Assembly (NCBI GenBank): GCA_963717505.1
Contig: OY970342.1
Location: 704,001 to 768,000, forward strand
DNA: 64,000 nt
Direction: 5' to 3'
DNA from: Candidatus Eiseniibacteriota bacterium
Lineage (GTDB): Bacteria > Eisenbacteria > RBG-16-71-46
Shown: piece by piece, positions 1 through 8,372 of the stretch
Numbering within the stretch: position 1 is the first letter of the stretch
Layout: the number at the start of each line of letters is the position of its first letter
The notes under the pieces: generated by a model
Databases searched by the model: none
Told to the model about the DNA's origin: nothing
The model's input: only the letters and a program-made list of their open reading frames with translations
Made by a program: the position numbers and the translations under genes

Positions 1-573
1 GTCGCCGCCTTCGGCGATCCGTGACACCCAGTAGGGGAACCGATCCATGTAGTCGTGCGGCCCGACGATCAGCCCGGGCCGCGGAATCGCGGCGCGATCG
101 GGAAACGCTTCCAGCACCACCTGCTCGCACGCTGCCTTGAGCGGCCCGTAGAGTTCCAGAAAAGCAGCCGATTTCCGGGGCTCGGAAGCATCGATCGTCT
201 CGACCGCGCTCCATTGTTCGGAGGTGAGCGTCGACACCGGCGAATGCTCGTCCATACCGATCGTCGAGAAATTCGCATAGACCGAGATGCTCGAGACGAA
301 CGTGTAGTGGCCGACGCGACCACGCAGCGCTCTCGTGGCCTGCTCGACCACCCGTGGCAGGAACCCCGACGTATCGATCACCGCGTCCCACGTCCGCCCG
401 TCGAGCGCGGACAGATCGCGCGCACGGTCTCCGCGCAGCTTCTCGACCTCGGGGAACAGCTCGGGCTCGGTGCGTCCGCGATTGAACAGGGTCACGCGGT
501 GCCCTCGAGCCTGCGCGGCGACCACCAGGTGGCGCCCAACGAAGCGCGGGCCACCGAGGATCAACAGCTTCAC
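1..573 (-). CDS. NAD-dependent epimerase/dehydratase (atypical SDR) family protein, runs off the left edge of the window
   Basis: Manual translation from GTG at 573: VKLLILGGPRFVGRHLVVAAQARGHRVTLFNRGRT...WDAVIDTSG...YTFVSSISVY, a Rossmann GGxxxxG start. GGAG upstream and GTGA overlap with the upstream stop. Confidence 0.85.
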   Translation of the reverse strand, partial: MKLLILGGPRFVGRHLVVAAQARGHRVTLFNRGRTEPELFPEVEKLRGDRARDLSALDGRTWDAVIDTSGFLPRVVEQATRALRGRVGHYTFVSSISVYANFSTIGMDEHSPVSTLTSEQWSAVETIDASEPRKSAAFLELYGPLKAACEQVVLEAFPDRAAIPRPGLIVGPHDYMDRFPYWVSRIAEGGD

Positions 574-1169
574 GAGATTGCTCCTGGCATCTGCCGTGAG
601 AGTGCAGCCCAGCGTCGTTCCGCCTCACGTCGGATTGCGGGAAGCAGGAAAAGCCGAATGCCGATGATGCCAAAACGAGCCCAGCCCCAGTAGCTCCGGA
701 ATCGAGCGTGGGCGTCGGCATCGGTCGCCACGGCGCGCGTTTCCTGCACGAATCGAGTCACGGCTGCGTCGAGGGGCTCGGACTCGATCGTCCAGGCGAT
801 CTTCACCTGGCTCGGCTCGGAATACGACGCGAAACGATCGGCCGCAATCGGCGTGAATCGCACGTTGGCCTGCCACGGCTGGCAGGTCGCGCCACACACG
901 ATCAACCGGCCCGGGTGCTCGGCCAGGAGGCCCCAGCCCATGGCCCGCGTGTCGGCCAACAGGCCTTGCGGCTTTCGTGAGACCCGGGGCGTCGTGCCCA
1001 GGATTCGCTCTCGCATTCGGATGATCCCACGCACGATCGCCACCGATTCGAGGTCGAAGGTTCCCGCCACGTCCATGACCAGGTTCGCCGGAGCCTTGAT
1101 CGTGGTGTGAAACCGCTCCTGAATGTCGGGATTCGGGATGAACGGATCGAGAGGTGAGGGCTCGGCCAT
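570..1169 (-). CDS. Hypothetical protein (DUF2867/SRPBCC-like)
   Basis: Start trimmed to ATG 1169 (MAEPSPLDPFIP); the longer ORF overlaps the next gene. Motifs ERFHTTIKAP, ETRAVATD, RFRSYW; family assignment is from memory. Confidence 0.65.
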   Translation of the reverse strand: MAEPSPLDPFIPNPDIQERFHTTIKAPANLVMDVAGTFDLESVAIVRGIIRMRERILGTTPRVSRKPQGLLADTRAMGWGLLAEHPGRLIVCGATCQPWQANVRFTPIAADRFASYSEPSQVKIAWTIESEPLDAAVTRFVQETRAVATDADAHARFRSYWGWARFGIIGIRLFLLPAIRREAERRWAALSRQMPGAIS

Positions 1170-1180
1170 GAGAGTTTGGA

Positions 1181-1594
1181 TCAGCCTCCTCTCGGCAGGG
1201 GCGCCAGGTCTGGCTCCACGAAGGTGGCCTTGGCCGCCGGGGTGAGTATTCGCTCCCGCGTATAGTAGAGGCGCAGCAGGGTCTTCTGCAGCAAGTGCGG
1301 ATTGGCGGAGACGAACTCTTCGAAGCTGGCAATCGGTCCGTGTGCGTTCATGGTGGTTTGGATCACCCTGGCCCATGCGGTTGTGACCGTCTCGTGATAG
1401 CCCGATGTGTTGCTGTCGACGACCTGGTTGACCTGATTGAGGGCTCGAATCCCTGATCGCATTCGAGACAGCGCCTCTTCATACGGAAGATCCCGAAGGT
1501 AGAGGAACGCCATTCGGACGTGATCGCGATGGGTCCAGCGATCCTTGGGAATGGCAGCCGCCTCGAAGTCGGTCAGGAACTGTTGATCGTTCAT
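1181..1594 (-). CDS. Conserved hypothetical protein (THxxHxR...YHETxT motif)
   Basis: 137-aa ORF with normal protein composition; motifs WTHRDHVRMAF, GYHETVT, FVEPDL. Confidence 0.75.
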   Translation of the reverse strand: MNDQQFLTDFEAAAIPKDRWTHRDHVRMAFLYLRDLPYEEALSRMRSGIRALNQVNQVVDSNTSGYHETVTTAWARVIQTTMNAHGPIASFEEFVSANPHLLQKTLLRLYYTRERILTPAAKATFVEPDLAPLPRGG

Positions 1595-1655
1595 TCAGGA
1601 GGACTGCAAGACCATCGAGCGTTGGGTTGCGGGTGACGCCAATACCATGCGTCGC

Positions 1656-2486
1656 CTACTTCTTGTCGAAAGAACCGTTGATCTCGGCGTAGGGAATCGC
1701 CCGGGCGAGGTGGGTGAACGTCCCCTGTTCCGCGATCTCCCGGGCCGCCTGCAGGAAACCGGCCCAGGCCGCGCGCGCCAAGGCGCCGCCCACGCTGATC
1801 CGCCGGACTCCGAGTTCAGCGAGCATGGCGACAGTAGCGAAGTCGCTGCCGACCAGAACGTTGACCGGCTTGGGTGCGACCGCCTTCACGACCGCCTCGA
1901 TATCGGCCTTCGAACGAATGCCCGGCGCGTAGAGGCAGTCGGCCCCGGCCTCGGCAAATGCGGTAAGCCGGCGGAGCGTTTCGGCAAGATCCGGGCGCCC
2001 GACGATGAAACCCTCGGAGCGCCCGGTGAGCAGAACGCCGGTTCCGCTGTCGTCGATGGCTCGTCGGGCGGCCCGGACCCGCTCTACTGCCAGGGTGAAC
2101 TCGTGGAGCGGGCTCGAATCGTCGCCCGTCGAATCCTCGATCGACAGGCCTGCGATCCCAGTGGCGGTGGCGGCCGCGACATTGACGGCGACGGCGTCCG
2201 GGGCAATCGCAAAGCCTCCTTCGAAGTCCGCGTTGACCGGCACCTCGACGGCGCGGGCGATCGCTCGGAGGTGGCTCAGCGCGTCCACCAGCATGATCCC
2301 GTTGTCGGGACGACCCAGCGTCCAGGCGAATCCGGCGCTGGTCGTGGCCAGTGCCTTGAAGCCGAGCTGGGCGAGCAGGCGCGCGCTGCCGGCGTCCCAC
2401 GGGTTGGGAATCACGAAACAGCCCGACTCGTGGAGCTGGCGGAAGATTCGACAGCGATCGCCGACGGAAGACTCGAGTTTCGTCAC
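1656..2486 (-). CDS. Isocitrate lyase/phosphoenolpyruvate mutase family protein
   Basis: PNPWDAGSARLL, ATTSAG, PVNADFEGG, GLSIED, AGADCLYAPG, GVRRISVG; start placed at GTG 2486. Confidence 0.9.
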   Translation of the reverse strand: MTKLESSVGDRCRIFRQLHESGCFVIPNPWDAGSARLLAQLGFKALATTSAGFAWTLGRPDNGIMLVDALSHLRAIARAVEVPVNADFEGGFAIAPDAVAVNVAAATATGIAGLSIEDSTGDDSSPLHEFTLAVERVRAARRAIDDSGTGVLLTGRSEGFIVGRPDLAETLRRLTAFAEAGADCLYAPGIRSKADIEAVVKAVAPKPVNVLVGSDFATVAMLAELGVRRISVGGALARAAWAGFLQAAREIAEQGTFTHLARAIPYAEINGSFDKK

Positions 2487-2517
2487 GGGTACTCGCCCCC
2501 AGGTAGCCTGTGGTTCA

Positions 2518-3174
2518 TCACTCTGTTGTGTATGACGACACCGCGATCGAATGAATCTTGCCGCCGGGGGCGAACTCTCGGGTCCTTTGCGAATCCGCTG
2601 GAAAGATCCCCGTGTAATCCAACCTGAAGGTGAGGCCGACGGGCTGATTCTCGAACACGATGTACTCGCGCGACTCGATCTCGCTCTTCTCGATCGTCTT
2701 CGTCTTGCCCAGCACCGTCTCGACCTCGGTGACCAGGGAACCGGGATGAACTCCATCGGTGGTGTGCATTTCCGGGCTGAATGTTTCGATCACTCGGACC
2801 TCTCGCGACCAATCGATCGGGGCCTCCGCATCACCCTCGTCAGCCCAGATCGTCATCGCGGCATTGGGCCCGAGCCGGACCTCCACGAGCGCGGCCCCAT
2901 CGCCGTCCGACGTCCGCTCGAACCTGGCGTCGGGGAGCGCGCGCCGGGCTTCATCCAGAGTCATTCCGAGTCGGATGCCGCCGATTCCGTTTGCTGACAC
3001 GAGGTACGGGTCCAAGGTCGTCGACGCACTTGACGCTGGCGCCCGACTGTCGAGCACCGCGGGAGTTGCAGCATCGCCAGACGACTGCCGGTCACGTCCG
3101 CAACCCACGACGCCCACCGCGACCGCGATGGCCGCAATGGCCGTCCAACGACTTGGGACCTTCGCCATGTGCAT
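2518..3174 (-). CDS. Hypothetical lipoprotein
   Basis: Signal peptide with lipobox VVGC, then GIGGIRLGMTL and GVHPGS motifs; start at 3174 or 3168. Confidence 0.7.
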   Translation of the reverse strand: MHMAKVPSRWTAIAAIAVAVGVVGCGRDRQSSGDAATPAVLDSRAPASSASTTLDPYLVSANGIGGIRLGMTLDEARRALPDARFERTSDGDGAALVEVRLGPNAAMTIWADEGDAEAPIDWSREVRVIETFSPEMHTTDGVHPGSLVTEVETVLGKTKTIEKSEIESREYIVFENQPVGLTFRLDYTGIFPADSQRTREFAPGGKIHSIAVSSYTTE

Positions 3175-3285
3175 GGAGCTTCTCCGCTTCGAGCCGCCGG
3201 CGATGCTACCACGGCCCATTTCTCAAGTTTGTCGCCGACGACACTTTCCCGTCGCGCGCCCCGACGGCTATCGTCGTCGACCGAC

Positions 3286-5937
3286 ATGCCATCCCGATCC
3301 CGAAAGCCCACACCGCCACCGCCCGGCCTCGACACCTATCGACAGAAGCGCAGCCCGGACCGCACGCCCGAGCCATTCGGCGGGCAGGCGCGCCCGGCCG
3401 GTGGACCACTGCGCTTCGTCGTTCACCAACACGCCGCACGCAACCTGCACTACGACCTGCGGCTGGAACTCGATGGCACGTTCAAGAGCTGGGCGGTGCC
3501 CAAGGGACCCTCGAGCCACGTCGAGGAAAAGCGCCTCGCGGTCCACGTCGAAGATCATCCCCTCGAATACGGGAGCTTCGAGGGCGTGATTCCCGCCGGC
3601 AACTACGGCGCCGGCAGCGTGATCATCTGGGACCACGGCTGGTACCGGTCGTTCAAGCCCGAGGACCTGCTCGCGCAGTACCAAAGCGGAAAACTCGAGC
3701 TGGAGCTGTTCGGCTTCAAGCTGCGCGGCCGCTGGACGCTGGTGCGCATGGGCGGCTCGGCGCGCAAGGGCAACGAGTGGCTGCTGCTCAAGAAGGTCGG
3801 CGCCGGGGTCAGCGAGCAGGAGCTAATCGAGCGCTACCCGCACTCGGTGGTCACCGGGCTCACCGTGCACGAGATGGCCGACATGGCTGGCCACGTCGCC
3901 GCGGTGCGCGAACACGTGGAGGGCATTGGCGCTCCCAAGGCCACGGTGAAGCCGAAGGAACAGTCGCCGATGCTCGCGAACCTCGAGGAGAAGCCGTTCG
4001 ATCGCGAAGGCTGGATCTTCGAGATCAAGTACGACGGCGTGCGGGTGATCGCCGGGCGCAAGGGCTCCGACGTCGAGCTGATCGGGCGTAGCGGCCAGAA
4101 CGTCGCCAGCCGCTATCCCGAGATCGCCGAGGCGCTGCGCGCACTTCCCTATGAAGACTTCGTCGTCGACGGCGAGATCGTGTCGCCGGACGAGAGCGGC
4201 CAGCCGAGCTTTCAGCACCTGCAGGCGCGCATGCAGCTCGTGAACCCGCACGACATCGCGCGCGCGCGAGTTCAAGTGCCGGTGGCGATGATCGGGTTCG
4301 ACTGTCTCGCCCTGTTCGGCCACGACCTGCGGCGGAGGACGCTGCTCGAGCGCAAAGAGTGCCTGCGCCGCATCCTGCCGCCGCTCGGTACCGTGCGCTA
4401 CGGCGACCACGTCGCGACGCGCGGCGCCGCGTTTTTCGCAGCCGCGGACGCCATGCACCTGGAAGGCATCGTGGCCAAGCGCGCGGCCAGCTCGTACGTC
4501 GGGAAACGGACCAGCGACTGGATCAAGATCAAATGCCAGCGCCGGCAGGAGTTCGTGATCGGGGGCTGGAGCGATCCCCAGGGCGCGCGCGGCGGGTTCG
4601 GGGCGTTGCTGGTCGGACTCTACGAGCCGGGGCCCGACGGCAAACCGCGACTGATCTACGTGACCAACGTCGGCACCGGCTTCGACCAGAAGACGCTCAA
4701 GTCGATCCGAGAGAAGCTCGACGCGATTGCGCGTGACACCTCGCCGTTCGCGGTGCGCTCACCCAAGGACGCCGGCAACCACTGGGTCGAGCCCAAGCTG
4801 GTGTGCGAAGTGCGCTTCACGGAGTGGACGCACGACGGCGGCTTGCGGCACCCGGCGTTTCTCGGCCTGCGCGACGACAAGAAACCGGAAGAGTGCGTGC
4901 GCGAAACTCCGGTGACGCTGGCGACGGCGGAACCGGATCCCGCCGAGGATGGTACCTCGCCCAAGTCCGCGGGTGCTCGAAACAAGCGATCGAAGGGTAC
5001 CAAGGCCTCGGGAGCCAAGACCGCAGCGCCCCCCGCGGTCCCACGCCCGACCGTGGCGCTCACCAATCTCAAGAAGATCTTCTGGCCCGCGGACGGCTAC
5101 ACCAAGGGCGACCTGATCGCCTACTACGACGCGATCGCGCCCTGGATCCTTCCCTACCTCGAAGATCGACCGATCTTCCTGACCCGTTACCCCGACGGCA
5201 TCGAGGGCAAGTCGTTCTATCAGAAGGATGCGCCGGTGTTCGTCCCCGAGTGGGTGCGCACCGAGGTCATCTACTCGGGCGACGGCGAGCGCGAGAACCG
5301 ATTCTTCGTGGTCAACGACACCGAGACGCTGCGCTACATCGCCAACCTGGGCACGATCCCGATCCACATGTGGAGCTCGCGGATCGGCACGCTCGAGCAG
5401 CCGGACTGGATGATCCTGGATCTGGATCCCAAGGGCGCCCCGTTCGCCAACGTCGTTCGCATGGCCAAGGTGTTGAAAGAGATCCTCGACGAGCTAGACC
5501 TGCCGGGCTTTCCCAAGACTTCAGGAGCGAGCGGACTTCACATCTTGGTGCCGCTCGGCGCTCGCTACACCTACGAGCAGTCGCGAGCATTCGCACGCCT
5601 GCTCGCCATGCTCGCGGTGCAGGAAGAGCCCGAGATCTCGACCATCGTGCGCGCGGTCCAGGCCCGCGGCGGCAAGGTCTACGTCGATTGGGGGCAGAAC
5701 GGCCACGGCCAGTCGATCGTCTCGCCTTATTGCGTGCGGCCGCTGCCGGGTGCTCCGGTCTCCTGCCCGCTCGAGTGGAAGGAAGTGAACGCCAAGCTCG
5801 ATCCCGCGAAGTGGACGATCAAGACCGTGCCGCCGCGGTTCGAGAAGATGAAGGACCCCCTGCTCGGCGTGTTCGGCGAAGGGATCGAGATGTCCGGAGC
5901 GATCGGGAAGATGGAAGGGATGCTGAAGTCGCGATAG
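3286..5937 (+). CDS. ligD: NHEJ DNA ligase D (phosphoesterase-ligase-polymerase)
   Basis: PE domain (HAARNLHYDLRLE, SWAVPKGPS), ligase (EIKYDGVR, EGIVAK, WIKIK), primase-polymerase (RYPDGI, DLDP, KTSGASGLH). Confidence 0.97.
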   Translation: MPSRSRKPTPPPPGLDTYRQKRSPDRTPEPFGGQARPAGGPLRFVVHQHAARNLHYDLRLELDGTFKSWAVPKGPSSHVEEKRLAVHVEDHPLEYGSFEGVIPAGNYGAGSVIIWDHGWYRSFKPEDLLAQYQSGKLELELFGFKLRGRWTLVRMGGSARKGNEWLLLKKVGAGVSEQELIERYPHSVVTGLTVHEMADMAGHVAAVREHVEGIGAPKATVKPKEQSPMLANLEEKPFDREGWIFEIKYDGVRVIAGRKGSDVELIGRSGQNVASRYPEIAEALRALPYEDFVVDGEIVSPDESGQPSFQHLQARMQLVNPHDIARARVQVPVAMIGFDCLALFGHDLRRRTLLERKECLRRILPPLGTVRYGDHVATRGAAFFAAADAMHLEGIVAKRAASSYVGKRTSDWIKIKCQRRQEFVIGGWSDPQGARGGFGALLVGLYEPGPDGKPRLIYVTNVGTGFDQKTLKSIREKLDAIARDTSPFAVRSPKDAGNHWVEPKLVCEVRFTEWTHDGGLRHPAFLGLRDDKKPEECVRETPVTLATAEPDPAEDGTSPKSAGARNKRSKGTKASGAKTAAPPAVPRPTVALTNLKKIFWPADGYTKGDLIAYYDAIAPWILPYLEDRPIFLTRYPDGIEGKSFYQKDAPVFVPEWVRTEVIYSGDGERENRFFVVNDTETLRYIANLGTIPIHMWSSRIGTLEQPDWMILDLDPKGAPFANVVRMAKVLKEILDELDLPGFPKTSGASGLHILVPLGARYTYEQSRAFARLLAMLAVQEEPEISTIVRAVQARGGKVYVDWGQNGHGQSIVSPYCVRPLPGAPVSCPLEWKEVNAKLDPAKWTIKTVPPRFEKMKDPLLGVFGEGIEMSGAIGKMEGMLKSR

Positions 5938-5940
5938 CCC
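5851..5940 (+). repeat. Direct repeat copy 1 (ligD 3' end)
   Basis: 90 bp matching 6507-6596 with 12 mismatches (manual alignment). Confidence 0.9.
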
Positions 5941-6001
5941 GGGGTGGCGCGACGCACGAGATCTCGTGCCGATGTCAGCCTCCGCAGCGGCCGCACTACG
6001 C

Positions 6002-6214
6002 CTATGGTTTGATGGTCACCGTGTCCGGCAAGTCGACCTTTACATGGATATCGTTGTCCGACGGCGGGCTCGTCGTGCTGGTGTTCGTTGCTTCGGGCTT
6101 CTGAGCGCTTCTCGAGCACCCCCAGCTGGCCCAGGCAACCGATGCTGCCAAAGTGATCATCGCCAGAATCGAAACGAATCCCACGCTCTTGTTCCTGCTG
6201 CTCGCGTCCGACAT
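6002..6214 (-). CDS. Small hypothetical secreted protein or lipoprotein
   Basis: 70 aa with a hydrophobic N-region, SWGC and a Thr/Ser/Pro-rich tail; GGAGG upstream of the ATG. Confidence 0.5.
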   Translation of the reverse strand: MSDASSRNKSVGFVSILAMITLAASVAWASWGCSRSAQKPEATNTSTTSPPSDNDIHVKVDLPDTVTIKP

Positions 6215-6506
6215 GGTTCATCCTCCATCTTGAAGCAGTGAAGAGTTGGGAGCAGCCGGCGAGGCGAACACCTCGGACGCTCCAGATTGCAATATGACTT
6301 CGAATGGCATTCGCCAGCACGATCGTCGGGTTCGTCACAGCGCATCACTCCGTCATTTCGCACGTCGCGTGCCCACATCGCCAAGAGTTTCCTCGAGTTC
6401 CTATCATCAACGGAGAGAGTCGCTTCGGCGATCCGGCCCTCCGCCCTCCACGATCCCATTCCGATCGGGGTCTGCATTCCGTGGGCATAGCTTTGGAGAA
6501 TTTCCC

Positions 6507-6596
6507 AAGCACCCGCTGCTTGGCGTGTTCGGCAAGGGGATCGAGATGTCCGGAGCGATCGGGAAGATCGAGGGGGTGCTCGAGTCCCGCTAGCCC
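6507..6596 (+). repeat. Direct repeat copy 2 (orphan ligD 3' end)
   Basis: Encodes KHPLLGVFGKGIEMSGAIGKIEGVLESR* versus LigD KDPLLGVFGEGIEMSGAIGKMEGMLKSR*. Confidence 0.9.
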
Positions 6597-6629
6597 CTAC
6601 GGGGCGTTCCGGCGCTTCCCACCCTCCAA

Positions 6630-6638
6630 TGCTAGAAT
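6630..6638 (+). promoter_or_regulatory. Putative extended -10 promoter element for the amidase gene
   Basis: TGCTAGAAT lies 27 nt upstream of ATG 6666. Confidence 0.4.
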
Positions 6639-6665
6639 CGTTCACCGGATTGGGGAACAACGACA

Positions 6666-8273
6666 ATGCGGCAGGCTATGCGGTCCCTGGCAATCATCGT
6701 AGCGATTGTGGCTCTGTCGCGCCCTGCGGCATGCGCCGATCTTGTTGAAGACAAGTCGATGGTCGAGTTGCAAGCCATGCTTGCGAACGGCGCCACGACG
6801 TCGGAAGCGCTGGTCGCGGCCTACCTTGCCCGCATCGAGGCGATCGACCGCTCGGGACCCACCCTGCGCAGCGTGCTGGCGCTGAACCCACGGGCGGCCG
6901 ATGACGCCCGCGCGCTCGATGCCGAGCGCAAGACGGGCAAAGTGCGCGGGCCCTTGCACGGCATTCCCATCCTGCTCAAGGACAACATCGAAAGCGCCGA
7001 CCCGTTGCCGACGACCGCAGGGTCGCTCGCGCTCACCGCCAACGTGACCGGCCGCGATGCGCCGTTCGTCGCCCGCCTGCGTGCCGCCGGCGTCATCATC
7101 CTGGGCAAGACGAACTTGTCCGAGTGGGCGAACATCCGCTCGTCGCGTTCGATCAGCGGCTGGAGCGCGGTGGGTGGCCTGACACGCAACCCGTATGCAT
7201 TGGACCGCAGTGCGTGCGGTTCGAGTTCAGGTTCGGGTGCTGCCGTCGCGGCAAGCCTTGCGGCCGCGGCCATCGGCACCGAGACCAACGGCTCGATCGT
7301 GTGTCCGTCCACGATGAACGGCCTCGTCGGCATCAAGCCGACGGTGGGTCTTGTCTCGCGCACGCACGTCGTGCCGATCAGCCACTCGCAGGACACGCCA
7401 GGTCCGATGACGCGTACTGTCGCCGACCTCGCCGCGCTCTTGACCGTGATGGCGGGAAGCGATCCCGCCGACGCTGCAACCAAACCCGCCGATGCGCGCA
7501 AATCCGACTACAGCACGGCTCTCGACGCCGGCGCGCTGAAAGGCAAGCGTATCGGCGTCATGAAGTTCGCAAGCGGATACCACGCGCTCACCGACAGCGT
7601 CTTCGCGAAAGCGCTCGAGGACATCAAGGCCGCGGGCGCCGAGCTCGTCGAAATCGCGGAACTCCCCACCCTCGACCAGATCAACGAGTCCTGGGCTCCT
7701 GTCTTGCTGACCGAACTGAAAGCCGACCTCAACGCCTACCTCGCGACCACGCCGCCCGCCGTGAAATCACGGACGCTGAAGGACGTGATTGCATTCAATG
7801 CCGCGAGCCCGGCCGAACTCGCGCTCTTCGGCCAGGACCTGTTCGAGCAGGCGGAGCAAACCAAGGGCCTCGCCGACTCCACCTACCGCAAAGTGGCTGC
7901 GACGGCGAAGCGCCTCGCCGGTCCGCAAGGCATCGACAGCCTGCTGAAGCAGCACCAGCTCGATGCGCTCGTCGCGCCTACCGGCGGCCCCGCATGGACG
8001 GTCGACGTCGTCACCGGCGACCACTTCCTGGGCGCGTCCTCGACTCTGCCTGCGGTCGCCGGCTACCCGAGCATCACGGTGCCGATGGGCGAAGCGCGCG
8101 GCCTGCCGGTCGGCCTCTCCTTCATAGGCACGGCATGGTCGGAGGCGAAGCTGATTGGCCTCGCCTATGCTTTCGAACAGAAGACCAAGGCGCGCAAACC
8201 GCCGCGCTATCTGCGCAGCGTCGAAGACCTGGACGACGTGCGCCCGGCGCTCGCACCCGCCAAAGCGAATTAG
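6666..8273 (+). CDS. Secreted amidase (amidase signature family)
   Basis: Signal peptide; GPLHGIPILLKDNI, GKTNLSEWAN, GSSSGS, GTETNGSIVCP. Confidence 0.95.
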   Translation: MRQAMRSLAIIVAIVALSRPAACADLVEDKSMVELQAMLANGATTSEALVAAYLARIEAIDRSGPTLRSVLALNPRAADDARALDAERKTGKVRGPLHGIPILLKDNIESADPLPTTAGSLALTANVTGRDAPFVARLRAAGVIILGKTNLSEWANIRSSRSISGWSAVGGLTRNPYALDRSACGSSSGSGAAVAASLAAAAIGTETNGSIVCPSTMNGLVGIKPTVGLVSRTHVVPISHSQDTPGPMTRTVADLAALLTVMAGSDPADAATKPADARKSDYSTALDAGALKGKRIGVMKFASGYHALTDSVFAKALEDIKAAGAELVEIAELPTLDQINESWAPVLLTELKADLNAYLATTPPAVKSRTLKDVIAFNAASPAELALFGQDLFEQAEQTKGLADSTYRKVAATAKRLAGPQGIDSLLKQHQLDALVAPTGGPAWTVDVVTGDHFLGASSTLPAVAGYPSITVPMGEARGLPVGLSFIGTAWSEAKLIGLAYAFEQKTKARKPPRYLRSVEDLDDVRPALAPAKAN

Positions 8274-8372
8274 CGCAATTTAGGCGCTGCGCGTCCATTC
8301 GCGCTGCGCTATCCTCTTGTCATTCCATTCCAAACTGCGGTTCGCCCGTCTGCCTGCCTGATAGGAGTTCCG

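Noticed and set aside
3286-5937. ligD without an adjacent ku gene
   Set aside because: The PE-LIG-POL order is well known and ku is often unlinked; absence cannot be judged from one window.
6246-6593. 115-aa ORF ending in the ligD-like repeat
   Set aside because: Only its last ~28 codons look protein-like; treated as a repeat remnant, not a gene.
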